From positions 39,727 through 103,726 of the forward strand of contig CALODS010000022.1 of NCBI GenBank assembly GCA_942492225.1: 64,000 nt of DNA, given 5' to 3'. The notes beneath the pieces were generated by a model that was not told the origin of the DNA, searched no databases, and saw nothing but the letters and a program-made list of their open reading frames with translations. A program made the position numbers and the translations under genes. This stretch comes from an uncultured Clostridia bacterium. Lineage in GTDB: Bacteria > Bacillota > Clostridia > Peptostreptococcales > Acidaminobacteraceae. Shown in pieces: positions 30,325 to 39,590 of the stretch; the first letter of the stretch is position 1; each line of letters begins with the position of its first letter.

Positions 30325-30981
30325 ATGAGATTTTTAAAAGAGAGAGAAGAAATAATCGCCTATGGAAAAATGATGTTAGACAAGAATCTCACAAGAGGTT
30401 CCGGCGGAAATATAAGTGTTTTCATGAGAGAAGAGGGCTTAATGGCCATAACCCCTAGTGGTATTGATTATTATAATATTCAACCACAGGATATTGTGAT
30501 AATGGATTTAGAAGGCAATGTTGTTGAAGGTGATAAAAAACCTTCATCAGAGCATTCTATGCACAGTATTTTCTATAAACACAGAGTAGATATCAATGCA
30601 GTTGTACATTTTCACTCGGTCTATGCATCTGTATTAGCATGCCTTCAGTGGGAACTACCAGCTACACATTATCTAATAGCCGTGTCAGGTGGTGACAATG
30701 TGCGTTGTGCAAAATACGCAACGTTTGGCACTGAGGAACTAGCGCAAAATGCATATGAGGCGATGGAAGACAGGTATGTTGTATTCCTTGCGAATCACGG
30801 GATGATTGCTGGCGCAAAAGATTTACCAAATGCTTTTAGCAAGGCAGAAGAAATTGAATTGTGTTCAGAAATATACTATAGAGCCAAATCTATAGGGGAA
30901 CCTGTAATGATAGAAAAGAAAGAAACTGAGAATTTAAAGAAACTGTTTGCTAGTTATGGACAAGTAAAAACAACTGATTAA
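30325..30981 (+). CDS. Class II aldolase/adducin-family protein (fuculose-phosphate-aldolase-like; candidate 5-deoxy/methylthio-ribulose-1-phosphate aldolase)
   Basis: 218 aa. It has GSGGNIS, metal His residues in SEHSMHSIF and VVHFHS, and LANHGMI. SD AAGGAGA. Confidence 0.8.
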   Translation: MRFLKEREEIIAYGKMMLDKNLTRGSGGNISVFMREEGLMAITPSGIDYYNIQPQDIVIMDLEGNVVEGDKKPSSEHSMHSIFYKHRVDINAVVHFHSVYASVLACLQWELPATHYLIAVSGGDNVRCAKYATFGTEELAQNAYEAMEDRYVVFLANHGMIAGAKDLPNAFSKAEEIELCSEIYYRAKSIGEPVMIEKKETENLKKLFASYGQVKTTD

Positions 30982-30999
30982 TTTAACGGAGGATAGATA

Positions 31000-32052
31000 A
31001 TGAAAAGACAAGATTACGATTTAGCGTTTATGCTACAATTTGAAAATGTTGCTTGGTATGAATCAGGGTGTGTAAAAATTTTAGATAGAAGAATCTATCC
31101 GACAAAAATTGAATTTGTAACCTGTCGCACACATCAAGAAGTTGCACAAGCAATTGCAGATATGGTCACCCAAAGTGCTGGTCCTTATACAGCGGCTAGT
31201 ATGGGGATGGCATTAGCAGCAGAAGAATGCAAAACGTTAGGAAAAGAGCAACAATTAAATTACTTAAAAGAAGCGGCATATAGATTGTCTCATGCAAGAC
31301 CAACAACGGTAAATCGTATGACGCTTATTGTAAATAGTTGTATTAGTCTAGCAATTAAAGCACTAGAAGATGGTAAAGCAGCAGATGAAGCAATATTTTT
31401 ACATACAGTTGAGTCTATGAATAGACGATATGCGAAAATTGAAGAAGTTGCTCATCACTTAGTTCCAATGTTTCCAAATAAGGGAAACATAATGACTCAG
31501 TGTTTTGGCGAAACAATCGTCGGTATGATGCTAAGAGTTGCTAGAGAAAAGAAAAAGGATATTAAACTCTTTTGTCCTGAAACAAGACCTTACTTACAAG
31601 GGGCGAGATTAACAGCAAGTGTTGCTTATGACATGGGATATGATGTAACAGTCATAACCGATAATATGCCTGCTTTTACAATGCAAACAAAAGACATTGA
31701 TGTATTTACGTCGGCGGCAGATTCTATCTGTTTAGATGGCCATATTGTCAATAAAGTTGGGACCATGCAGATTGCGATCGCTGCTCATTATTTTGGTGTG
31801 CCATATTTTGTAACCGGTATTCCAGATGAAGCCCTAAAATCAATAGATCAAGTAAAAATTGAAGAACGTGATCCAAATGAAGTGACTGAATTCAGAGGTT
31901 TTAAAACGACTCTTGAAGGTGTCAAAGGCTATTATCCTGCATTTGATATTACACCTCCAAAACTTATTAGTGGGGTTGTAACTGACAAAGGGATATTTAG
32001 CCCTTATGATTTGAAACGTTATTATGAGAAGGAAACGGAAAATTACTGGTAG
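31000..32052 (+). CDS. mtnA: S-methyl-5-thioribose-1-phosphate isomerase family (MtnA/DrdI, eIF-2B-like)
   Basis: 350 aa. It has LSHARPTTVN and AADSICLDGHIVNKVGT, the signatures of the MTR-1-P isomerase family. SD GGAGGA. Confidence 0.85.
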   Translation: MKRQDYDLAFMLQFENVAWYESGCVKILDRRIYPTKIEFVTCRTHQEVAQAIADMVTQSAGPYTAASMGMALAAEECKTLGKEQQLNYLKEAAYRLSHARPTTVNRMTLIVNSCISLAIKALEDGKAADEAIFLHTVESMNRRYAKIEEVAHHLVPMFPNKGNIMTQCFGETIVGMMLRVAREKKKDIKLFCPETRPYLQGARLTASVAYDMGYDVTVITDNMPAFTMQTKDIDVFTSAADSICLDGHIVNKVGTMQIAIAAHYFGVPYFVTGIPDEALKSIDQVKIEERDPNEVTEFRGFKTTLEGVKGYYPAFDITPPKLISGVVTDKGIFSPYDLKRYYEKETENYW

Positions 32053-32067
32053 AAAAGGTGATGTGAT

Positions 32068-33262
32068 ATGTCAAAATTTGAACAACATTTTAGAATGAGT
32101 GAAGAAGATATTCTTCTTTACGTCAAAGAAAAACTAAACTTTTTCCACAAAGATGCGATACTTAGTGCGTCGGAAATTGGTGATGGTAACATCAATTATG
32201 TCTTTATTGTTAAAGAAGAAATTACAGGTAAGTCCCTTGTATTAAAACATGCAGATGTACTGTTACGATCTTCAGGTAGAGAACTTGATGTGGATAGAAA
32301 TAGAATTGAAGCAGAAGTATTGGCATTACAAAATAAGTATGTGCCAGGACTCGTTCCCAAGGTTTATATGCTACGACCCTGTTATGTGTGTTGTTGCCAT
32401 GGAAGATATTTCTGATTATAAAAATTTGAGAAGTGAATTAATGAATCGAACGATATTTCCAACGCTGGCAGAAGATATCACAACATTTATGGTAAATACA
32501 CTATTGCCAACGACAGATTTAGTGATGGATTCAAGCGAGAAAAAAGAGATGCAGTCCAGTTATATTAATAAAGACTTATGTAAAATTTCTGAAGATCTTG
32601 TGTTAACAGAACCGTTTATAAATAATAAAGGCAGAAATATTATTTTGGATGAACAATTAGAATATGTTAAGAAAGAAATTTATGAAGATAAAGAATTAGT
32701 TTTGCAAGCAGGTATTCTAAAAAATAAATTTATGAATAATGCTCAAGCACTTTTACATGGTGATTTACACTCTGGTTCAATATTTGCAAATCAAGTAGGT
32801 ATTAAAGTGTTAGATCCAGAATTCGCCTTCTATGGGCCTATTGGATATGATTTAGGGAATGTTATTGGTAATTTAGTATTTGCTCTTGAACACAGTAAAG
32901 TAGTTGATAAATCGGCTTCTTTTACATCGTGGGTAGAAAAAACAATTGTTGACATAATAGGATTATTTATTATGAAATTTAATGTTACCTATGATGAAAT
33001 GGTGACAGACGTAATGGCGAGGACACCGGAATTTAAGGCGTGGTATTTACAATCAATTCTCCAAGATGCTGCAGGTTATGCTGGAACTGAAATTATTAGA
33101 AGAACCATAGGTGATTCTAAAGTTGCTGAAGTGTCAAGTTTAAAGGGGAATGCAATTAGAGTAACAATGGAGCGAGAACTGATTCAACTTGGAAAATTAC
33201 TGATTAAAGATAGAAATAAATTTAAATCAAGTGAACAGTTCTCTGAGTTCATTAAGCTATAA
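32068..33262 (+). pseudogene. mtnK: Methylthioribose/5-deoxyribose kinase (MtnK family) interrupted by a +1 frameshift near 32368-32371
   Basis: The frame of 32068 gives EIGDGNINYVF...VPGLVPKVY and then stops at 32413-32415. The frame of 32249 continues YDPVMCVVAMEDISDY...HGDLHSGSIF...DPEFAFYGPIGYDLG. The two halves join across TAT-ATGC-TAC. Removing 1 nt gives a 398-aa kinase. Confidence 0.8.
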
Positions 33263-33286
33263 TAGATAGAGTTAAAAATATATTTT

Positions 33287-35341
33287 ATGGGGTGTTGTAT
33301 GGGTTTTGAAATGAATAAATTTTTTCTAATCATCAGTGTAATTATTTTCTTTACTGGACTATCAACTTTTGCTGAATCTTCTCTAAATATTGTTGAACCA
33401 TATAGTGTAGAAGGGTATGACGTATTTGAAAATGAAGGCACCTTTGGGGTGTGTGATGAGAGTGGAAGAATCATCCTTTCAGATTTTACGTCGATTGATG
33501 CGTTAAAGCGTAAATGTATCGTAGTTTCAGATGTTTCTGGTAAATGGGGTGTCGTCGACACAGAGGGTAAAATTATTGTGCCAATTCAGTATAAAAGAAT
33601 TGATCATAGAGATGAGATGGATCTTATCGTAGGCGTTGATGATGACGGTTCTGAAACTTTATATTGGTTTGAGAACGATGGGATTAAATCACTAGATTTA
33701 TTAGAGAATAAATTGGCGACAATAAATCAAAACGTAGCTTATAGAGATTATTTTGTTGTAATTGATAAAAAAATGGAGACTTATGGTGCGATGCGTAATA
33801 TTTGGGATACATCCTTCTATGTCATCGATCATCAGGGTAAACAAATTTTGGATATGCCTTTGGAATATGTTTATAGTATGAAGGGGCGCTATGGTGTTGC
33901 TCAAACTAAGGATAACATGTATGGATTGCTAGATGAGAAGGCCAATTGGATACTGGAACCTACTTTTGACTACATTAGTCCTTACGATGTAGAAATGGAA
34001 AAAAAATCTTTTATTATCGCTTCAAAAAATGGCTTGTTTAGTGGTTATGATTTAAAAGGTAATCGTATTATTGACAAAGAATATACACATATGGCGTATA
34101 TAAAGTCGGATTATATATTGGCTTCTGCAGATAATAATAATAGCCAGACGGTGCTTGATTTAGAGGGTAATACATTAATAACTGTAAAAGACTTGAATAT
34201 TAAGTCGGTTATTGACATAAAGGGAGAACGATATTATCTTTGTTACAATAGTTTTGATCAAAAGGCTAAGAACAATCTAGGGCTCTTGAAAGCTGATGGT
34301 AGTTGGTTAATAAAACCAGAATATGATGTGATAGCTTATAGAGCAGACTATGATTATTTAGATTGTGGAAAAGAGAGTCATGCACGATATTACTTTGATC
34401 TAAAGGGTAAATTTTTAACATATATTGATCCGAGTAATGATCGGGCAGATGGTGATTATTACGTTTCCAAATCAGATGGATACAACATAAATAAACGTAT
34501 AGAAAATTATAGGGGAGAAATATTGGTAAAGGGGTATTGGATAACAGATTATTGGAATGATAATTATTACCTCGCTAAAGATCTAGATGAAAAGTATATC
34601 CTATTAAACGATAAAGGGGATATCTTGTTTAGCACAGACAAGATGGAATTTAGAAGCAGAGTAGGTGAACTATTTTTATTTCAAAAAAACAGTGATGATT
34701 CATTTGTGTTGTTAGATAAACAGATGAACCCTATTTCTGATAAAACCTATACAAAGCTTTTCTCCTGTGAAGAAATAGCATTATGGGCCTATGACGGTAT
34801 TGTTTTAGATAATTATGACTTGAAAGGTCAGTATAGATTTTCTTTAGAATATGATCCGATAGAGTTTTATAATGGACAACTTATATCTCAACCACTTAAT
34901 AATTCAAGTGTGGGCATACGATCAAGCTGGGATAAAGTTGGTTACGATCCAATAAAACGTTATGGCTTGATTGATCCTATCAGTGGTACTATTATTTTGA
35001 AGACGGTATACAAAAAAATAAGAGCTGAAAGGGATAACTTTTATTCTGTCATGGATGATGCTGGTAAATGGGGTATCGTAGATAATACCGGACAATGGCG
35101 GATAATGCCACAATATGAAAAAATACATGCGTACTATAATAGAGATACAAATGAAGTGGATTATTTTAGTGTGCAAGATGAAAATGGCAAGTGGGGACTT
35201 ATAGATTCAAAGGGTAACGCTGTACTTAAGTCTGAATATGGTGTTGTCTCAAAAGTCATTGACCCTTATTACAGCCTTATTATGAAAGATAAATTAATGG
35301 TTCATCATGGCGATGATTACTGGTCGGAACCAAGAAACTAA
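33287..35341 (+). CDS. Secreted WG-repeat (KWG-type) protein
   Basis: 684 aa with a signal-like N-terminus (MNKFFLIISVIIFFTGLSTFA from ATG 33311). Units of the form GKWGVVDTEGKIIVPIQYKRI / GKWGIVDNTGQW / GKWGLIDSKGNAV recur. The exact start is ambiguous among 33287, 33299 and 33311. Confidence 0.75.
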   Translation: MGCCMGFEMNKFFLIISVIIFFTGLSTFAESSLNIVEPYSVEGYDVFENEGTFGVCDESGRIILSDFTSIDALKRKCIVVSDVSGKWGVVDTEGKIIVPIQYKRIDHRDEMDLIVGVDDDGSETLYWFENDGIKSLDLLENKLATINQNVAYRDYFVVIDKKMETYGAMRNIWDTSFYVIDHQGKQILDMPLEYVYSMKGRYGVAQTKDNMYGLLDEKANWILEPTFDYISPYDVEMEKKSFIIASKNGLFSGYDLKGNRIIDKEYTHMAYIKSDYILASADNNNSQTVLDLEGNTLITVKDLNIKSVIDIKGERYYLCYNSFDQKAKNNLGLLKADGSWLIKPEYDVIAYRADYDYLDCGKESHARYYFDLKGKFLTYIDPSNDRADGDYYVSKSDGYNINKRIENYRGEILVKGYWITDYWNDNYYLAKDLDEKYILLNDKGDILFSTDKMEFRSRVGELFLFQKNSDDSFVLLDKQMNPISDKTYTKLFSCEEIALWAYDGIVLDNYDLKGQYRFSLEYDPIEFYNGQLISQPLNNSSVGIRSSWDKVGYDPIKRYGLIDPISGTIILKTVYKKIRAERDNFYSVMDDAGKWGIVDNTGQWRIMPQYEKIHAYYNRDTNEVDYFSVQDENGKWGLIDSKGNAVLKSEYGVVSKVIDPYYSLIMKDKLMVHHGDDYWSEPRN

Positions 35342-35388
35342 AAAACTACAACAAATATATAACTAATTCAAATATTATACAAAAACGA

Positions 35389-35424
35389 AAAACGGTTGCA
35401 GATATTATCTCTGCAACCGTTTTT
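35389..35424. terminator. Bidirectional intrinsic terminator between the WG-repeat gene (+) and tRNA-Sec (-)
   Basis: Stem AAAACGGTTGCAGA / TCTGCAACCGTTTT with a 6-nt loop (atatta). A- and T-runs flank both sides. Confidence 0.85.
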
Positions 35425-35435
35425 ATATCCCATTT

Positions 35436-35532
35436 TGGCGGGAATACGTGGGAATCGAACCCACCCAGCACGCTCTTAACGCCCTATACTGGTGTTGAAG
35501 ACCAGAGGGCACACCAGCACCCATCTACTCCC
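35436..35532 (-). tRNA. selC: tRNA-Sec (anticodon UCA), 97 nt with encoded CCA
   Basis: The reverse complement GGGAGTAG-AT-GGGTGC-TGGT-GTGCCC-T-CTGGT-CTTCAAC-ACCAG-T-(22-nt variable arm)-GTGGG-TTCGATT-CCCAC-GTATTCCC-G-CCA has the same segment layout as E. coli tRNA-Sec. That layout is an 8-position acceptor, a 6-bp D stem with a 4-nt loop, a long variable arm and a 5-bp T stem. The anticodon loop is C-U-UCA-A-C. Confidence 0.9.
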
Positions 35533-35570
35533 ATACGATTGTCATCAAATTTTCAAATGACGACTTCTTT

Positions 35571-35599
35571 ATTATAAGGAAAACAGATAGTGATGTCAA
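35571..35599 (-). promoter_or_regulatory. Consensus sigma-A promoter for selC
   Basis: The minus strand reads TTGACA (35599-35594), a 17-nt spacer, then TATAAT (35576-35571). This lies about 38 nt upstream of the mature tRNA 5' end. Confidence 0.75.
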
Positions 35600-35707
35600 G
35601 AAAAAAACTCATTTCAATTGCCATGGCTTGCACAAACCTGATTGTTCACATATAATACATAAGGACTCGTTATAATGAAATGACAAGTTAAAGGAGGCAA
35701 TTAATAT

Positions 35708-36721
35708 ATGAAAAAGTTATATATCGTCGTGTTTGCAATCGTATTACTATTAGCTGGATGCCAACAAACGACTATTGATGAAACGAAAGAAAAGGATGCT
35801 ATAGATAAGGTTATTGTTGAGGAAGCTTCTGACAATACAGGCAGTATTGTCGTGGATAATCAAAATGATGAAGTTGTAGTTATAGAAGATCAACAAGTCC
35901 TTGAAATTCATGAGTGGACTGATACAGATGAAGCCCAACTTCAAGAATTTATTGAAATGTCAAATGCACTTTCTCTTAAAGAAGCAAAGTTACTGTTAGA
36001 TGAAAAAATGATGGATGCATCGCAGATGATGGCAGATCGATATCTGGAGTATTATGAACAACGTTTAACAGAGGCATTAACTGTAATTAGCGATAACTTT
36101 TTTGTTGGAACGGTTCAAGAAGATTTGGCATCTGTGTTTAATTACGGTCATTTTTCCAGAGAGCAACTACAAAAAATTGAGTCGCTTGAAACAATTAATA
36201 TGATTGATCCCTTGTATGATATTGGTTATAAAGTTGAAACAACAGAAGGTATGTATTATCCAATCGTTGATTATAGTGTTCTTTATCAATATGAAGATAA
36301 GGTAACATCGGGTGTGCAAAAATATTTACGTCTTATGAAACGACAATCAGATATTATGGCTTACAGTGATGCTGCAATTGTTGTTCCGTGGTCTGAATTA
36401 GGTGATCGATTATTAGTCGCTGAAGAACTTCTTAATGAAGAATTGCCAGATGCCATGGCTGAAAGAGTAAAAATGGAATTTGAGTGGGGTATGCAAAGTT
36501 TTGTTTTTGGAACAAATAATACACCGGTCTTTAATTATGAGGATAAAACGATTTCTGATCCAGAAATATTAGCAAGCTTTAATAAAGTAGCTGAAAATGG
36601 TGGTGTCATTATTAAAAGGATAATGAATGGCTATCTGGAAGTGTTAGAAGAAGAAAATTACATTGGTACAGATAAAGTTTATGAAACATTGAATGAATTG
36701 ATGAAAGACATGTTAAATTAG
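35708..36721 (+). CDS. Lipoprotein of unknown function
   Basis: 337 aa. It has a signal peptide with lipobox LLLAGC. SD AAAGGAGG. I recognised no domain. Confidence 0.6.
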   Translation: MKKLYIVVFAIVLLLAGCQQTTIDETKEKDAIDKVIVEEASDNTGSIVVDNQNDEVVVIEDQQVLEIHEWTDTDEAQLQEFIEMSNALSLKEAKLLLDEKMMDASQMMADRYLEYYEQRLTEALTVISDNFFVGTVQEDLASVFNYGHFSREQLQKIESLETINMIDPLYDIGYKVETTEGMYYPIVDYSVLYQYEDKVTSGVQKYLRLMKRQSDIMAYSDAAIVVPWSELGDRLLVAEELLNEELPDAMAERVKMEFEWGMQSFVFGTNNTPVFNYEDKTISDPEILASFNKVAENGGVIIKRIMNGYLEVLEEENYIGTDKVYETLNELMKDMLN

Positions 36722-36730
36722 GAAGAAAGC

Positions 36731-36766
36731 AAACCAATTATCAAATTATTTGATAATTGGTTTTTT
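36731..36766 (+). terminator. Intrinsic terminator
   Basis: 15-bp stem AAACCAATTATCAAA / TTTGATAATTGGTTT with a 3-nt loop, then a T-run. Confidence 0.85.
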
Positions 36767-36844
36767 AATATAGAAATTTTCTATTTTTACTTTCGATTTA
36801 AGTCATATAAAATTAGTGGGGAAAACATATAAGGAGAGTGCAAA

Positions 36845-38185
36845 ATGATTAAAAAGAAATGGTATCAACCCTTTGCAATTATTATGCTTGCTGTCGGATT
36901 GTTAGCTGGTTGTACAGCAGAAAAAACATCTGAAGTAGAAAGTAATGAGGGTGTTGAAACGACAGCTCAAGTAGTTCAAACTGAAAGTGTGTCACAAACT
37001 GAACGTGAGAAGGTTTTTTTGTCTGTAGAAGAATTAAAAGCTCTATTAGAGGATGAAAACCTAGTTATTGTTGATGCGAGAGGTGAAGATGCTTATAAAG
37101 GTGGACATATTCCAGAAGCGGTAACGACATCATGGCAAAGCCTTTCAACGATGGATGTTGATTTTGCAACTGCAAATTGGGGTGCTGTAACGAATAAGGA
37201 AACAGTATCAAAAGTCATCAGCCAATTAGGGATAGATGAAACATCTCAAGTTGTTATCTATGCTGATACGGAAAAAGGTTGGGGTGAAGAAGGTAGAATT
37301 TACTGGACGTTTAAGATGGCTGGTTTAACGAATATCAAGATTTTAGATGGCGGTGTGAACGTTTGGAATGACAAAGGTGAATCGTTGTCGACTAAAGATA
37401 GTGTTGTAACACCAACAAATTTTGTAGTATCAAATCTTGATAAAAGTCAAACTATTGATACAATGACGTTGAATGATGAACTGTTTAATGTGAAAATCAT
37501 TGATACAAGAGATCAAGATGAGTATGAAGGCGCTATTAAATTTGGAGAAGCAAGAGGTGGACATATTCCAGGTGCAATTCATTTAGGTTACAAAACATTA
37601 CTAAATGATGATGGTTCTTTAAAATCAGATGAAGCCTTATATGAACTATTTGAATCAGCAGGTATAACTAAGGATGATACAGTTGTTGCTTACTGTACTG
37701 CTGGTATTAGATCGGCTTATGTCGTAACGATATTAGATATGCTTGGATATGAAAATGTAAAGAACTATGATGAATCATTCTATGTTTGGGCGAATAATCC
37801 AGACCTTAAACTTGGTGTAATGGTTAAGGATAAAGCGTTCAATTATTATACTCAAAATGATTTGAAAGTTGCATTAGAATCAAAACAACCATTAACATTA
37901 GTGGATATTCAAGTGCCAGAAGATTTCGAAGCACATCATATTATTGGTGCAATTGAAACAAATGCATTTCCTGCAAAAACGGATGAGGAGCTTTTACGTC
38001 TAAATTCTATTGTAGAAAAAGCAAAGGGTTCTTCAGAACCTATTGTTATCGTTTGTCCAAGAGGTGCTGGTGGTGCTCAAAGAAGTATTGAGTATTTACA
38101 ACAATCAGGTATACCATCTGCACAACTCTATATTTTAGAGAATGGACAAGAAGGATGGCCGTACGAAGATTTATTAGAAAAATAA
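36845..38185 (+). CDS. Lipoprotein with three rhodanese domains (thiosulfate/3-mercaptopyruvate sulfurtransferase-like)
   Basis: 446 aa with lipobox LLAGC. Domain 1 lacks the catalytic Cys. Domain 2 has the active loop YCTAGIRSA. Domain 3 has the loop VCPRGAGGAQRS. SD AAGGAGAG. Confidence 0.85.
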   Translation: MIKKKWYQPFAIIMLAVGLLAGCTAEKTSEVESNEGVETTAQVVQTESVSQTEREKVFLSVEELKALLEDENLVIVDARGEDAYKGGHIPEAVTTSWQSLSTMDVDFATANWGAVTNKETVSKVISQLGIDETSQVVIYADTEKGWGEEGRIYWTFKMAGLTNIKILDGGVNVWNDKGESLSTKDSVVTPTNFVVSNLDKSQTIDTMTLNDELFNVKIIDTRDQDEYEGAIKFGEARGGHIPGAIHLGYKTLLNDDGSLKSDEALYELFESAGITKDDTVVAYCTAGIRSAYVVTILDMLGYENVKNYDESFYVWANNPDLKLGVMVKDKAFNYYTQNDLKVALESKQPLTLVDIQVPEDFEAHHIIGAIETNAFPAKTDEELLRLNSIVEKAKGSSEPIVIVCPRGAGGAQRSIEYLQQSGIPSAQLYILENGQEGWPYEDLLEK

Positions 38186-38203
38186 CAAAAATAATAATGT
38201 TTA

Positions 38204-38232
38204 AAGCGCATCTGTGAGGATGCGTTTTTTTT
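38204..38232 (+). terminator. Intrinsic terminator
   Basis: Stem CGCATCT / GGATGCG with a GTGA loop, followed by T8. Confidence 0.8.
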
Positions 38233-38332
38233 ATAATATATAAGACGTTAAATTTGATAATTATTGAACTTTAAGGTATTTTAAATACATAAGAATAAAT
38301 CATTAAAATATAAATTTTGAAGGAGCGCTCAG

Positions 38333-39547
38333 ATGTCGACGAATCAGAAGATTTTATACGTTAGTAAGCCAGATGTTGGGGGGATTTTACCTAACTATTT
38401 AACCGCACTAGAGGTTAATAAAGTAAGAACCTTTCACCAATCGATGAAAGAATATGAAGTGACACCTTTAGTTGCTCTCGATAACTTAGCAAAAGAATTA
38501 GGCGTAAAAAAAATATATGTCAAGGACGAGTCTTATCGATTTAATTTAAATGCTTTTAAGGCTTTAGGTGGGACGTTTTCTTTAGCAAAATTACTATGCA
38601 AACGCTTAGATATTGATATTGAAGAGATAACGTTTGAGTATTTTAATCAACCAGAAATAAAAGAAAAAATAGCTAATTTAATATTTGTTACAGCAACAGA
38701 TGGCAATCATGGAAGAGGAATTGCATGGGCAGCTTCTAAACTAGGGTGCAAATCCGTAGTATATATGCCAAAAGGTTCATCTGAACGAAGACTTCAAGCA
38801 ATAAAAGATGCAGGCGCAGAGGCTTTTATCACAGAAATGAACTATGATGATGCTGTTAGATTTGCAAGTGAAAAAGCGACTAAAGAAGGATGGATTCTTG
38901 TACAAGATACTGCATGGGAAGGGTATGAAGAAATTCCAACTTGGGTAACTCAAGGGTATACAACAATGGCTGCTGAGGCAATTGACCAAATGATGGATGA
39001 TGGTTTTAAAAGTCCAACGCACGTATTTTTGCAAGCGGGTGTTGGTTCCCTTGCTGGTGGTGTACTGGGGTATTTTGCAAATTTATTTGAAGAAAACTGT
39101 CCTATTACAACAATTGTGGAAGCAGAAGCAGCGAACTGTATTTATCAATCGGCATTAATAAATGATGGAAATCCTCATATTGTTAGCGGTGATTTAGAGA
39201 CGATCATGGCTGGACTAGCTTGCGGTGAGCCAAATCCTATCACTTGGAAGATTTTACGAGATTTTGCCAGTTGTTATGTGTCATGCCCTGATTATGTGTC
39301 AGCACATGGCATGCGTGTTCTTGCAAATCCAGTTGGAAATGATAAAAAAGTGATTTCTGGAGAATCTGGATCAGTTGGTGTAGGTCTTTTTGAGATGATA
39401 ATGTCCCGTGACGCCCTTGAACATTTAAGAAATGAATTGAAACTTACTGCAGATTCAATCGTTCTATTTTTTAATACAGAAGGAGATACAGACAAAGAAC
39501 ATTACAGGAAAATTGTCATTGAAGGTAAAAATCCAAGTGGCGAATAA
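38333..39547 (+). CDS. dpaL: Diaminopropionate ammonia-lyase-like PLP enzyme (tryptophan-synthase-beta fold)
   Basis: 404 aa. The PLP-lysine motif is KDESYRFNLNAFKALGG, plus ATDGNHGRG and a Gly-rich loop GVGSLAGG. Confidence 0.7.
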   Translation: MSTNQKILYVSKPDVGGILPNYLTALEVNKVRTFHQSMKEYEVTPLVALDNLAKELGVKKIYVKDESYRFNLNAFKALGGTFSLAKLLCKRLDIDIEEITFEYFNQPEIKEKIANLIFVTATDGNHGRGIAWAASKLGCKSVVYMPKGSSERRLQAIKDAGAEAFITEMNYDDAVRFASEKATKEGWILVQDTAWEGYEEIPTWVTQGYTTMAAEAIDQMMDDGFKSPTHVFLQAGVGSLAGGVLGYFANLFEENCPITTIVEAEAANCIYQSALINDGNPHIVSGDLETIMAGLACGEPNPITWKILRDFASCYVSCPDYVSAHGMRVLANPVGNDKKVISGESGSVGVGLFEMIMSRDALEHLRNELKLTADSIVLFFNTEGDTDKEHYRKIVIEGKNPSGE

Positions 39548-39550
39548 CAC

Positions 39551-39590
39551 AATAAACGACGATGGAAAATCATTTCTATCGTCGTTTATT
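39551..39590. terminator. Bidirectional terminator between dpaL-like (+) and NUDIX (-) genes
   Basis: 13-bp stem AATAAACGACGAT / ATCGTCGTTTATT with a 14-nt loop. It overlaps the NUDIX stop codon. Confidence 0.75.

Noticed and set aside
32249-32371. ORF-track start of the second mtnK fragment at ATG 32249, read as an independent gene
   Set aside because: Its first roughly 40 codons overlap the upstream fragment out of frame and translate to non-homologous sequence. The similarity to MtnK begins only at YDPVMCVV, so this is a frameshifted single gene.
33184-33561. 125-aa minus-strand ORF spanning the mtnK/WG-repeat junction
   Set aside because: It is antisense to the ends of two well-supported genes, has no SD and has no recognisable motif.
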